NCBI GenBank assembly: GCA_965200315.1
Contig: OZ241362.1
Span: forward strand, 2,240,001-2,304,000
Reading direction: 5' to 3'
Origin: Candidatus Latescibacterota bacterium
GTDB lineage: Bacteria; Latescibacterota; UBA2968; UBA8231
Length of the DNA stretch: 64,000 nucleotides
The translations under genes and the position numbers were made by a program. Positions within the stretch are counted from its first letter, which is position 1, and every line of letters starts with the position of its first letter. Positions 47,592-57,570 of this stretch are shown piece by piece. Under the pieces are notes generated by a model that saw only the letters and a list, made by a program, of their open reading frames with translations, was not told the DNA's origin and did not search any database.

Positions 47592-50500
47592 GTGCAGGCT
47601 ATAACGAAATTCCGCAGCCTCGCCTGCGCCGCCCTGCTCGTTTGGGGCACCGCAGACCTCGGTGCCCAAGACATCCTCACCTTGCAGTTACAGCAGGGGT
47701 TCGGGAAAAACAAGGTCCGCTACCGAGACTTCCAATGGGAGATTCTCGAAAGCGAGCACATAGAGCTTCACTTTGAGTCCGAATTCCAGAATCTGGCCGT
47801 GCAGGCGATCGAGTACCTCGAAGAGGGCTACGAGCACATCAGCCAAATTTTGCACCACGACCTTTCGCACCGGCCGCCGGTTGTCATCTATCAGTCTCAC
47901 TACCAGTTCCAGCAGACCAATATCTTTCCCGACTTTCTGCCGCCTGGCGTCGCCGGCTTTGCCGAGCCTTTGCGCTTTCGCATGGTCGTCCCCTTTGCGG
48001 GCGACCTCGACGAGTTCCGCAATGTCCTCGTCCACGAGCTAACCCACATTTTCCAGTACGACATCGTTCACAAAGGCCCCATCCGCCGCATCACCAGTCC
48101 AATCGCTCAGCCGCCCACTTGGCTCATGGAGGGCATGGCCGAATACACCACCCCGGGCCGCAACACGGTCGATGAAATGGTCCTCCGCGACGCCGTGCTC
48201 ACCGACGGCCTCATCCCCCTCGAAACCATGAATCAGGTTTGGGGCCAAGGCAACGTATTCCTCGCATACAAGCAGAGCCACGCGCTCATGGAATACATTG
48301 CCCAGCAGTACGGCCCCGAAAAAATCAGCCGCATCCTCCGTCTGTGGGATAGCCAGCACGACTCCGACAAGCTCATGGATCGCCTGATCGGCATGGACTT
48401 GAAAACCCTCGACGAGCGCTGGTCGGCCCAGATGCGCAAAACCTACTGGCCCCTCTTGCAGACGCGCGACTACACCTCTGAATTCGCCGAAAAAGTAGGC
48501 GACGACGAGAATACTCACAGCTTCTCCAGCGCCTGCTGGTCGCTCAGCGGCGACATGCTTGCCGTCCACTCCTCAGACGGGATCGAACAGCACGTGGACA
48601 TCATCCGCCTGCACGACGCCTCGCTCGTCGAGCGCGTCACCGAGAGCATGCGCGCCGCCGACTACGATCACCTCAGCATCGGCAGCGGCACCGTGGCTTG
48701 GGCACAAGACGGCCAGACCATCGCCTTTGTCGCCAAAGAAGGCCCCCGCGACCGCATCATGCTGTGGGATCTCTACGACAAGAAACTCGTGCAGACCCTG
48801 ACCATGCCCGATATGGATCTCATCGAGAGCCTAACCTGGTCCCCCGATAGCCGCCAACTCGCCTTTATCGGCATCGGACAGGGACAGAGCGATCTCTACA
48901 TCATTGACGTGCAGACCGGCGAGCGGCGCCAGATCACAGGCACGCCCGAGCGCGAAGACTATCCGAACTGGTCGCCCGATGGCCAGCGCATCGCCTTTAG
49001 CACCAAGTACCGCAACCAGTTCGACATTAAAATTTACGATCTAACCGAGAAGGTGGCGCACCCGGCCATTTCTAGCCCCACCGACGACCTGTGGCCTCAG
49101 TGGCTGCCCGAAGGCAACAAGTTGCTCTTCGTCTCCACCCGCGACAAGATCAACGATCTCTTCGTCTATCACCTCGACGAGGGCCGCGAATTTCGCCTGA
49201 CCCGCAGCCTCAGCGGCATCATGAACCCTACCCTCTCGCCCGACGGGCGGCAGATCGTGTTCAACACCTACTTCAAGGGCCGCAGCTATCTCTACCGGAT
49301 GGCCATGCCCGAATGGCCCGAGGTCAAGCGCAAAGACGCACAGCTACTGGCGCACGTGGCCGAAACAGCACCATCAGTCGAAGCAGCACCACCAGCCGAA
49401 GCAGCACCACCAGCCGAAGCAGCGCCGTTAACTGAAGCAGCACCATCAGCCGAAGCAGCGCCGCAAGCCACCGAGGCCCTAGCTATAATGCAACCCGTTG
49501 TAGAGGGCGACGCTGTGCTCTCCGACCAAGACGGGACCCCAGGCCTAGGGCAGGTCTCGGCCCCCGAGGACCCGGAACTTCCGGACGACGCCGTGCTCCT
49601 AGCCGGGGCCAGCGGCCCGTTGCCGCCCACCGACGCCCAAGAGCCGCAAGCCGCTGTCCAGCTCGCTGCCGACGACAGCGACGACGGCGAATTGGAACTG
49701 AGCCGTCGCCGCTACACTCCCAAGCTCGAATTCGACGGCATCTCCGTGCAGATGGGCTATTTCGATGGATTCTTATCGTCAATTGCCCAACTGAGCATGA
49801 GCGACCTTTTGGGCAATCACTCGCTGGTATTGGCCACGGATTACGTAGCTGCACAGGATATTAGCAATGACTTCAACTTTGCCGCTAGCTACAAATACTA
49901 CGGTAAGCGGCCCACATACTACGTATCCATTTTTAATTGGAACCAGTACTTCATCAACAACCGCCAGTTCATCGTCCCAGGTCGCTCGGCGACGCGGGGC
50001 ATTAGCCGTCTCCAGCAGCGCGGTGCGCTGGCCAACGCCAGCTATCCGCTCGACCTGTACCGCCGCCTCGACCTGAGCTATACCTATGTCGGTGAGCAAA
50101 AAGAACAGATCAGTCCCTTCTACGAGCCAGATTCTACTGCTACTAGTACTCATCTGTTCAAGACCGCATACGTCCACGACTCCATTACCTACGGTCTTTT
50201 GGGTGCCACCGCTGGCAAGCGCTACTTTCTCTCGGTGGGGCGCACGCTCAGCCTTGGCTCAACCACGCGCTCTTTCTCGCACCTCGAATTCGACTATCGC
50301 CACTACTTGCGGCTGGGGCGTTGGTCGGTGCTGGGCCTGCGAGCCTATAGCGTGGGGTCTTTGGGCCGCGACGCCCTCGAATACAACCTAGGAGGGCCGA
50401 CTTGGTATCTGCCCTTCTACACGGGCTTCAACCTCAATACTGGCCCGCTGCGTGGCTACCAGTTCTCGGCCTTCACCGGCAGCCGGGTCTTGCTGACCAA

Positions 50501-50816
50501 TGTCGAGTTGCGCGTTCCCTTTGTGCGCGGCATCCTCTTTGGCTGGCCCGGCACCTTCCTGATTCCGGCAGTTGATGGCAGCCTGTTCATGGATATGGGC
50601 ATGGCTTGGAACGAGGGAGACGAAATCGATCTGTGGCCCTTCCACAATCCACACGCCGCACCTACATCCGACCCGCGGCAGGTACGCGCCAGCATCGGCT
50701 TTGGCCTCTTAGTGTACTTTTTGCTGCCGATGAACTTTGAATTTGCCAGGCAGATGGACCTACAAGGCAACTTCTCGGACTTCAAGTTTCACTTCAGTTT
50801 TGGACAGAGCTTTTGA
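47592..50816 (+). CDS. Outer-membrane protein: peptidase MA-like domain + TolB/PD40 propeller + Omp85/BamA-like barrel
   Basis: Signal peptide; FGKNKVRY; HELTH...WLMEGMAEY; repeated WSPDG; LRGY and C-terminal FSFGQSF. Confidence 0.85.
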   Translation: MQAITKFRSLACAALLVWGTADLGAQDILTLQLQQGFGKNKVRYRDFQWEILESEHIELHFESEFQNLAVQAIEYLEEGYEHISQILHHDLSHRPPVVIYQSHYQFQQTNIFPDFLPPGVAGFAEPLRFRMVVPFAGDLDEFRNVLVHELTHIFQYDIVHKGPIRRITSPIAQPPTWLMEGMAEYTTPGRNTVDEMVLRDAVLTDGLIPLETMNQVWGQGNVFLAYKQSHALMEYIAQQYGPEKISRILRLWDSQHDSDKLMDRLIGMDLKTLDERWSAQMRKTYWPLLQTRDYTSEFAEKVGDDENTHSFSSACWSLSGDMLAVHSSDGIEQHVDIIRLHDASLVERVTESMRAADYDHLSIGSGTVAWAQDGQTIAFVAKEGPRDRIMLWDLYDKKLVQTLTMPDMDLIESLTWSPDSRQLAFIGIGQGQSDLYIIDVQTGERRQITGTPEREDYPNWSPDGQRIAFSTKYRNQFDIKIYDLTEKVAHPAISSPTDDLWPQWLPEGNKLLFVSTRDKINDLFVYHLDEGREFRLTRSLSGIMNPTLSPDGRQIVFNTYFKGRSYLYRMAMPEWPEVKRKDAQLLAHVAETAPSVEAAPPAEAAPPAEAAPLTEAAPSAEAAPQATEALAIMQPVVEGDAVLSDQDGTPGLGQVSAPEDPELPDDAVLLAGASGPLPPTDAQEPQAAVQLAADDSDDGELELSRRRYTPKLEFDGISVQMGYFDGFLSSIAQLSMSDLLGNHSLVLATDYVAAQDISNDFNFAASYKYYGKRPTYYVSIFNWNQYFINNRQFIVPGRSATRGISRLQQRGALANASYPLDLYRRLDLSYTYVGEQKEQISPFYEPDSTATSTHLFKTAYVHDSITYGLLGATAGKRYFLSVGRTLSLGSTTRSFSHLEFDYRHYLRLGRWSVLGLRAYSVGSLGRDALEYNLGGPTWYLPFYTGFNLNTGPLRGYQFSAFTGSRVLLTNVELRVPFVRGILFGWPGTFLIPAVDGSLFMDMGMAWNEGDEIDLWPFHNPHAAPTSDPRQVRASIGFGLLVYFLLPMNFEFARQMDLQGNFSDFKFHFSFGQSF
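49359..49466 (+). repeat. In-frame 18-nt tandem repeat x6 (AEAAPP-like linker)
   Basis: GCCGAAGCAGCACCACCA-like units. Confidence 0.85.
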
Positions 50817-51502
50817 TCCGCCTCACTACTCTCGTATTGCTCATTGGCTTAGCGGGCTGCGGTGGCCACAGCGCTTTTACGCGCGTCGAGTTTCGCGCCC
50901 CGTCGCAACCCGATCCGGTCTTGCGCCCCTACCTCGCGGAAGTCGATCACATTGGCGTCGTTTGCGCGACCAACATCGAACCATTTCGGGAGCTGGACAT
51001 CGAGAAGGTCATGGTGCGTCTGTCCAATGCCGTGGTCCGTAGCCTCGGCAACATTCCCAAGACCGAAGTGATGAACCAAGACGAAATCACCTACAAGCTC
51101 AAGGATATTCGACTCGACTCGACGAGCGTCCACCAAGACTCGGTACAGGCCGTTCTCAAGGAGGAGCTAGAGCTCGACGCCTTAGTCCTCGTCGAGCTGA
51201 GGCACTTACAGGCGCGGATGATGCCCATGTCGCCCACGCCCTACGGCATGTCGCCCAGCCCCGGCATAGACCTGACGATAGATCTCAAGGTCAGCCTGAT
51301 CAATCTCAACACCAATCAGGTCTGGCAACAGGGGGGCACACAGCGCAATTACCAACCGGTGCAACTACAACTCTTCGGCGGTAACAAACAAGGCGAGCGC
51401 CAACTGCTCATGGCTCTCGCCCGTCCACTACAACGCTTCCTCTTCCGCATCGCCCCGCCGCCCATGCCGCAGACCCGCCACTTCGATCTAAGCGGCGACT
51501 AA
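50813..51502 (+). CDS. Hypothetical lipoprotein
   Basis: Lipobox LAGC; overlaps the upstream stop codon. Confidence 0.7.
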   Translation: MIRLTTLVLLIGLAGCGGHSAFTRVEFRAPSQPDPVLRPYLAEVDHIGVVCATNIEPFRELDIEKVMVRLSNAVVRSLGNIPKTEVMNQDEITYKLKDIRLDSTSVHQDSVQAVLKEELELDALVLVELRHLQARMMPMSPTPYGMSPSPGIDLTIDLKVSLINLNTNQVWQQGGTQRNYQPVQLQLFGGNKQGERQLLMALARPLQRFLFRIAPPPMPQTRHFDLSGD

Positions 51503-51503
51503 T

Positions 51504-51535
51504 AAAAAGCGGAGGGTATTTTGTGGCCCTCCGCT
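51504..51535 (-). terminator. Terminator left of TA module
   Basis: AAAAAGCGGAGGG...CCCTCCGCT. Confidence 0.7.
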
Positions 51536-51583
51536 GGTACTATCTATAGTCAGGAAGTAGGCGGTATTCTCTGATGAGAGCGC

Positions 51584-52015
51584 TCATGGGCATTCATCAA
51601 GCCGATCTGCCCATATTTTTAGAAACTCCTCAGGCGTCGCAATGCTCACTCCTAGCGGTGGGAAGTCGTTCGGATTCCGCGCGATCAGAACATGAGCTCC
51701 AACTCGAATGGCAGAGTGAAACTGGATGGCATCCTCGAAATCGTCGCAGGCTGAGTCGATAGCCTGATTGATAATTTTGCTATCAGGAGCCACGGAATCG
51801 AATGTATCCCGCAACAGTTTCAATACCTTTTCGGCCTTTATTTTGCTTTCAACTTTTCGCACAATGTAGTAAACGTTGTTGAAGCTAATGGCTGAAATAA
51901 ACGCCGTAAGGTCCCCGCGCTCGGCCAGTGTCCAAACGTATGCAGAAGCTCGATAGTGGGGTTCGCGGCGTATGAGTACATCCAGCAGAACATTGGTATC
52001 CACCAGCGCGATCAT
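51584..52015 (-). CDS. PIN-domain (VapC-like) toxin
   Basis: LVDTNVLLD, DFEDAIQ, RNPNDF. Confidence 0.88.
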   Translation of the reverse strand: MIALVDTNVLLDVLIRREPHYRASAYVWTLAERGDLTAFISAISFNNVYYIVRKVESKIKAEKVLKLLRDTFDSVAPDSKIINQAIDSACDDFEDAIQFHSAIRVGAHVLIARNPNDFPPLGVSIATPEEFLKIWADRLDECP

Positions 52016-52269
52016 TACCGTACTCCGTATTTTTCACCAAGCGCATTTTCGAGCAACTCGCTCTCCGTTTGATCCGCTGGCAACTTCACGATTCCAGATG
52101 CACTGAGCGCAATCGGGCCTAAGGTGTCTTTAGGATCGCATTCTTGGTCAATAGTGCGAAAAAGCCGGACGAAAAGTGCCGAAACGCTAGTTTTCTTTTT
52201 AGCTGCGATCCGCTTGGTCTCCGCAATAACTTCCTCTGGCGCACTCAGGGTCAGCTTTTTAACGGCCAT
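52015..52269 (-). CDS. Ribbon-helix-helix antitoxin (DUF6364-like)
   Basis: KKLTLS...AKKKTSVSALF; coupled to the PIN gene; AGGAGG SD. Confidence 0.82.
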   Translation of the reverse strand: MAVKKLTLSAPEEVIAETKRIAAKKKTSVSALFVRLFRTIDQECDPKDTLGPIALSASGIVKLPADQTESELLENALGEKYGVR

Positions 52270-52294
52270 CTTAGCCTCCTATTAGACAGCATTT

Positions 52295-52344
52295 ATACGT
52301 ATTATTTTTTTGAAAGATTACGTAATTTTAGACTTAAGTGTCAA
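52295..52344 (-). promoter_or_regulatory. TA promoter with two palindromic operators
   Basis: TTGACA (52344-52339) N18 TAATCT; palindromes ATTACGTAAT (52317-52326) and ATACGTAT (52295-52302). Confidence 0.55.
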
Positions 52345-52406
52345 GCATATCAAAATTCAAAGGAGATCGAAAGGACGGAATCACGCCGACGCTGCCGCTT
52401 AGGCAT

Positions 52407-52440
52407 AAAAAAAGCGGAAGTCCCGAAAGGACCTCCGCTT
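52407..52440 (-). terminator. Terminator right of TA module
   Basis: AAAAAAAGCGGAAGTCC-cgaaa-GGACCTCCGCTT. Confidence 0.75.
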
Positions 52441-52462
52441 CTTCTGAGTCTCTAGCGAAAAA

Positions 52463-53158
52463 TCAGCGCCGTCGCTTCTTGGGCTTCGCCGATTTCTTCG
52501 TCGCAGACGATTTGGAGGCTGGTGTAGACGACGCGGAGGACGCCTTCGGAGTCGATCTTTGCGTCGCACTAGGCGCACTAGTAGAGGTCGCACGCGGCGT
52601 AGGCGTAGGCGCACTGCGCACCCGAGGCTCTACCCGCCTCTGCCACACATTTTCTTCGCGGCGCTGTATTTCGGCAGCGGCTGCCGGATCGGCAATCGCC
52701 GGCGTCGCACTCCGCCGACTCGCCGCACGCAAATCGTCGAGCTGGCGCGTGCTGACCATTTCATAACCTGGCGGCACGTAGTAACCACTCGAACTCCGAT
52801 AGTACGGATCATAGCCGTAACTATAGGGCCCATAGCCGCCATAGTAGGAGGGATAGCCGCCGTAGTAGGAAGGATAGTAGCCAGAGGTAGGATAATAGCC
52901 ACCATAGCCACCGTAGTAGCCACCATAGCCACCATAGCCGCCGCGCACACCCGGATAGCGGTAGAGATCGTCCATGTAGTCGCGGTCGTCGAACTGGCCA
53001 ATCGTCGGTGCCTCGACATCGCGGCTCTTGACGCGGGCCAGATCCTCGTCGTGCAGACTGGCCGTCTCATAAGGGCTACTGAGCACCGTGTAGCAGCCGC
53101 TGGTCATCAGTGCAGTTAGCGGCAGGGCCGAGCACAAAATCAAAGCCTTCGTTTTCAT
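52463..53158 (-). CDS. Lipoprotein with Gly/Tyr-rich low-complexity region
   Basis: Lipobox TSGCYT; GGYGGYY repeats; Ser/Lys-rich tail. Confidence 0.75.
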   Translation of the reverse strand: MKTKALILCSALPLTALMTSGCYTVLSSPYETASLHDEDLARVKSRDVEAPTIGQFDDRDYMDDLYRYPGVRGGYGGYGGYYGGYGGYYPTSGYYPSYYGGYPSYYGGYGPYSYGYDPYYRSSSGYYVPPGYEMVSTRQLDDLRAASRRSATPAIADPAAAAEIQRREENVWQRRVEPRVRSAPTPTPRATSTSAPSATQRSTPKASSASSTPASKSSATKKSAKPKKRRR

Positions 53159-53242
53159 AGGTTAGCTACCTCCTTAAGGAGCGTTAAACTCATCTCTCGC
53201 CTTGAATATACACAAACCGGCAACAGGAACAAAAAATAAAAA

Positions 53243-54610
53243 CTAAAAGTTGTAGCCCACGCCGACGACAAGGCGATTGATCGCATAGTCTTCGCTAAGG
53301 ACGTTGTCTGAGGATTCGACTGAGTATTCTTCTACTTGCTTAAACGCACCCCGCACCCAAGCTATATCTATTTGCATGGCCTCGTCGAGCAGTATCCCGG
53401 CTCCGAGGGTAATAAAGCGCCGGTCCTCTTCAATGCGGATGGGCGGGTCGTCGGAGTCGAGGTCGTGCGGGCCGACAAAGGGAACCGGATCCACGAAGTA
53501 GCCTGCCCGCAGATCCAGCGCAACGACCGGCACTTGGTACTCGACGCCGAAGTGGTAGCGCAAGACGTCTCTGTACTGCGTCTCAAACGAGTTATTAGCG
53601 TCATCGGCTCCCTTGTACTCGCTCTGCGACCACTCGGCCAAATGCAGGCTGCCGGCTAGCGTCAGGCCCGGCAGAGCCTCGGCCGACGCGCCCACGCCGA
53701 ACTCAAAAGGCAGCGCGAGCTCGTATGTGTTGCTGCTCTCTGTGTCCGCGAATTCCCCTACGGTCCCGTCGTCGCACTCAATGGAGCTATAATCATCTGC
53801 AAGAGGTGCGTCTGGAGTACCTTCTGGGAATAAGTGTTGGCAAGGGTTTGGTTTGCCCTCGGATGAGGGACCGCGGAAGACATAGCGAATTTCGTGCGTC
53901 CCCCCGGTGGCAAACGTCGCGCCCAACCTGTAGCGAGGCTTGTCGCGCGGCGTGCGTAGCATCGTGCCTAAGACAGCATACGGAGTCCACTTATATTCGT
54001 CCGTAAAGGTGTCGCGCGCGAGCAAGCGCTGTTCGTAGAATTCGTCCTGCGGATCGGCCCAGTCAAATTCATTGACGGCCTCGTCTTCGCCGCTGACTAA
54101 ACCCAAGGTCGCACCTAGCGAAATGGCCGGCGACACGTCGATGGCAGCAGACACTCCCGCCAAAGCCAACTCGCCCTCATGCTGGAAGGTGTGGTTCGCA
54201 GCAAGGCCCTCGGCGTCACCCTTTTGATTGAGGTTCCAGTCGAAGTCCTTGATGCGGGTCAGGCCAGCCGCCAAGACCAAACTGCCGCGATAGACCGGAT
54301 AGGGATAGACAAAACCGAGTGAGCCAAAGCGCGTATTGGTCAGCTCGCTTCTCCCTGGAGTGCCGTTGAAAATCGAGTCGTTGGCGCGGTTATTCCGCAG
54401 CAAAGAGATCTGCACCTCGCGCTGCTGCATCTGGGCCAAGCCCGCCGGATTCCAGTACATGGCCGTGAAATCGTCGGCCACCCCCACAAAGGCACCACCC
54501 ATGCCCATGGCCCGCACCCCAACTCCAGCAAAATTGTCGATGGCCCGCTCCTCTTGGGCCACCGCGCCGCCCACCCACACGCAAAGCAAAGCAATAGTCA
54601 GTATCTTCAT
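53243..54610 (-). CDS. FadL/OmpP1-like outer-membrane beta-barrel
   Basis: Signal peptide; RAMGMGGAFVGVADD..AMYWNPAGL; C-terminal GYNF. Confidence 0.82.
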   Translation of the reverse strand: MKILTIALLCVWVGGAVAQEERAIDNFAGVGVRAMGMGGAFVGVADDFTAMYWNPAGLAQMQQREVQISLLRNNRANDSIFNGTPGRSELTNTRFGSLGFVYPYPVYRGSLVLAAGLTRIKDFDWNLNQKGDAEGLAANHTFQHEGELALAGVSAAIDVSPAISLGATLGLVSGEDEAVNEFDWADPQDEFYEQRLLARDTFTDEYKWTPYAVLGTMLRTPRDKPRYRLGATFATGGTHEIRYVFRGPSSEGKPNPCQHLFPEGTPDAPLADDYSSIECDDGTVGEFADTESSNTYELALPFEFGVGASAEALPGLTLAGSLHLAEWSQSEYKGADDANNSFETQYRDVLRYHFGVEYQVPVVALDLRAGYFVDPVPFVGPHDLDSDDPPIRIEEDRRFITLGAGILLDEAMQIDIAWVRGAFKQVEEYSVESSDNVLSEDYAINRLVVGVGYNF

Positions 54611-54734
54611 ACAAAACCTCTCTTGAAGACTGTCGCCTAAAGACGACAGAGGAAAAGAGTATAACTCCCTCGCCGCCCGACGTAGCTCAGGCGGCCTTGC
54701 TTGAAGGGACGATGCGCCGTTTCAACGAGGCGGC

Positions 54735-55463
54735 TTACCGGAATTTCTTCCTGTACGTGACTGACAACTCCCGAATGGATTGGGAGCCAAAGTGATCGCT
54801 TTCCAGCGCGTTTTTAAGATAATACGCGACCATTAGCTGCGGCGCTACGGTCCAAGCCCCCCCGACGTTCAAATAGCCTCCTGCCACGCCCTGATTTTGT
54901 AGGCCGTTGTTGCGGCCCAAGTCGTATTCGGCAAATAGGGCCATAAATCGCAAGCTCTTGTCGATACCCAACCACGCCGACCAGTCGCCGTCGTCGGCAT
55001 CTTCGCGGGACACATTGACGCCTGCATGGACGCCGAGCTCCCCTAGCATCGAGGTGTAATTCTTGCTCAGTACCAGATAGATTCCCTTGGATTTGACTTG
55101 GTAGCGCTGGCTTCTATACGGTCCGATGCCTTGAGAATCGAAGCCCAAGACCAGCGCCGGCCACGTGTAGCCCTCCTCGAGAATCCGGCACTGAGCAGCC
55201 ACTGCCACGCGCGGGTACCAATCAACTGCACCCGTGCCAATGAGCTGCTCGCCGCCAAAAGACGCGCCCACGCTCAGCCGCTTGAGCACTCCAACGCGCA
55301 AACGACCGACAGCTCCCCCGTCGACAAACAAGCGAACATTCACCGCATAGTGCCCCTTGTTGACCAACCCGGCCGTCGGGCTATCGATCAAGCTCGTCAA
55401 CTCAGCCCTGTCGGCCACTGCCGGACCAACGGCAATGCAAAGGCTCAGTATTAGCCGCTGCAA
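54735..55463 (-). CDS. Putative outer-membrane beta-barrel (YjbH-like)
   Basis: Signal peptide; LIDSPTAG; amphipathic strands. Confidence 0.6.
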   Translation of the reverse strand: MQRLILSLCIAVGPAVADRAELTSLIDSPTAGLVNKGHYAVNVRLFVDGGAVGRLRVGVLKRLSVGASFGGEQLIGTGAVDWYPRVAVAAQCRILEEGYTWPALVLGFDSQGIGPYRSQRYQVKSKGIYLVLSKNYTSMLGELGVHAGVNVSREDADDGDWSAWLGIDKSLRFMALFAEYDLGRNNGLQNQGVAGGYLNVGGAWTVAPQLMVAYYLKNALESDHFGSQSIRELSVTYRKKFR

Positions 55464-55487
55464 AAACCCCTCCCTGTGGCCAATTTC

Positions 55488-55943
55488 TCAGAAATCTATT
55501 TCTTCTAACCCATCCCCTTCCAAGGTAATTCGCCGCTCGCAATCCTCACCGTGCTCTAGCCACACATGGCAGCACCTATCGGGCAGCGAGCCATCGGCGC
55601 GCTCGGCCCACTCGACCAAGCAGACGCCGTGGCCATAAAAGTACTCTTCTGCCCCTAAATCCTCAAGCTCTTCAACTCCCCCCAGCCTATAGAGATCAAA
55701 GTGATAGACGGGTAGATCGCGACCCCTACATTGCCCTGCATATTCGTTGATCAGGATAAAGGTCGGACTAGTGACGTAATCGGCCACTTGCAAAGCCTCG
55801 CACACGCCTTGGATCATACAGGTTTTGCCACTGCCCAAGTCGCCGCGAAAGGCGATCACATCGCCCGGTGCCAAACGCCGGCCCAGCGCAACACCCAACG
55901 CGTGGGTCTGGGCCGCTGAGTGCGTGGTGAGAACTCTTTTCAT
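55488..55943 (-). CDS. tsaE: tRNA t6A biosynthesis ATPase TsaE
   Basis: GDLGSGKT, SPTF, YHFDLYRL, VEWAE. Confidence 0.95.
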   Translation of the reverse strand: MKRVLTTHSAAQTHALGVALGRRLAPGDVIAFRGDLGSGKTCMIQGVCEALQVADYVTSPTFILINEYAGQCRGRDLPVYHFDLYRLGGVEELEDLGAEEYFYGHGVCLVEWAERADGSLPDRCCHVWLEHGEDCERRITLEGDGLEEIDF

Positions 55944-55949
55944 TTTGCC

Positions 55950-57509
55950 TTACTTGGGTTCCATAATCGCCACGGGCAAAATCATTTCTTCCAAGGATAT
56001 ACCGCCGTGCTGGAAGCTGCCCTTGTAGCGGCGCTGGTACTTGTTGAACTGGGTCGGATAAACGAAGTAGAAGTCCTCGCGGGCGACGATGAAGCTATGC
56101 CCGAGTCCCGTCGAAGGCAGTCCGTAGGCCTGTGGATCGGCGATCAGCAGTGCGTCCTTTTCCTCGCAGCGGAGATTCTGGCCATACTTGTAGCGCAGAC
56201 TCGAAGACGTGCTGCGGTCTCCGTACACCACCGAAGCACGCGTACCGCGCATGGAGCCGTGGTCAGTCGTCAGTACTACCACCGCATCGGTGCGGGCAAT
56301 GCCCTTGAGGGTTTCAAAGAGCGACGCATTGCCAAACCACGTCTGCACCAAGGCGCGAAAGGCCGCCTCGTTGGGTGCCATTTCCTTGAGCAAGTCTGAC
56401 TGCGCTTGGCTGTGTACCAGCATGTCGAGAAAATTGTACACCACCGACACAAGCGGCCACTTGCCCAGCGACGGTATCTTGCGGGTCAATTTCCGGGCCT
56501 CGCTGGTGTCTAGCACTTTGACGTAGTGCGAACCCGGTTTGAGTGCGATGCCCATGTCGCAGACCAAGTCGTCGATGAGTTGGTGCTCGTACCGATTGAG
56601 GCTGTATTCGTTGTCTTGGGACTCGTGCCATAAGGTGCGGTACTTGTCGGCGATCTCTTTGGGAAAAAGCCCGCTGAAGATCGCGTTGCGCGCAAAAGGC
56701 GTGGCTGTCGGCAAAATCGAGTAGTGGTAGGAGCGCTTGATGTTGAAGTACTCGGCCAATTGCGGCTCCATCACCATCCAGTGATCCAAGCGCAGGCAAT
56801 CAACCACGATGAAGAATACCTGTCGGCCCTGTTCGAGATAGGGCACCGCGAACTCGGGCACCACATCCACCGACAATGGCGGCGAATCTTCCTCATCTGC
56901 TACCCAGCGCGTGTAATGCTGCTCGACAAAGCGTCCGAACGCGCGGTTGCACTCGCGCCGTTGATCCCCAATCATCTGGCTGAGACCCGCGTCATCCAAA
57001 CGCGCCACTTCAATGTCCCACTCACAGAGTTGCCGATGTATATCGATCCACGTCTGCCAAGTCGCGCCCGCAATCTGCTCGCGGATCTGGCCCGCCCGCC
57101 AGACGTAGTGCTGCCCGGCTTGGCTTTGGCGAATCTGCCGCGCGTCGAGCAACTGTTTGCAAGCCATGAAAATCTGGCTGGGATTGACCGGCTTCGTCAG
57201 GTAGTTGTCGATGCGGCGGCCAATGGCCTCGTCCATCAGGTGTTCTTCTTCGCTCTTGGTGATCATAATCACCGGCACGTTGGGATCGGCTATCTTGATC
57301 TGCTCCAAGGTCGAAAGTCCGTCCAGCCCCGGCATCATCTCGTCGAGTAGTACAATGTCAAAGGGCACTTGGGCAATCAGAGCAATGGCGTCCTTACCGT
57401 TGCTCACCGGCGTGACCGCGTAGCCCCTTTCGTCTAGAAAGCGCCGGTGAGCGCGCAATAGGTCGATCTCGTCGTCGGCCCAGAGTATCTTTCGCTTGTC
57501 CCCTTCCAT
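55950..57509 (-). CDS. PorX-like response regulator with PglZ/alkaline-phosphatase domain
   Basis: ILWADDEIDLL, LLDEMMPG, ITKSEEE; DCLRLD, LPTATP, TTDHG, FQHGGISLEEM. Confidence 0.88.
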   Translation of the reverse strand: MEGDKRKILWADDEIDLLRAHRRFLDERGYAVTPVSNGKDAIALIAQVPFDIVLLDEMMPGLDGLSTLEQIKIADPNVPVIMITKSEEEHLMDEAIGRRIDNYLTKPVNPSQIFMACKQLLDARQIRQSQAGQHYVWRAGQIREQIAGATWQTWIDIHRQLCEWDIEVARLDDAGLSQMIGDQRRECNRAFGRFVEQHYTRWVADEEDSPPLSVDVVPEFAVPYLEQGRQVFFIVVDCLRLDHWMVMEPQLAEYFNIKRSYHYSILPTATPFARNAIFSGLFPKEIADKYRTLWHESQDNEYSLNRYEHQLIDDLVCDMGIALKPGSHYVKVLDTSEARKLTRKIPSLGKWPLVSVVYNFLDMLVHSQAQSDLLKEMAPNEAAFRALVQTWFGNASLFETLKGIARTDAVVVLTTDHGSMRGTRASVVYGDRSTSSSLRYKYGQNLRCEEKDALLIADPQAYGLPSTGLGHSFIVAREDFYFVYPTQFNKYQRRYKGSFQHGGISLEEMILPVAIMEPK

Positions 57510-57570
57510 CTGTCGCCTTTATCTGTATAATTTCATCTTTGAAATAACGCTCTGAACCCCCACTCGTTCC

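Noticed and set aside
52800-52945. Short periodic repeats (TAGCCACC/GTAGTAG)
   Set aside because: Explained by the Gly/Tyr-rich coding sequence; not a CRISPR array or separate element.
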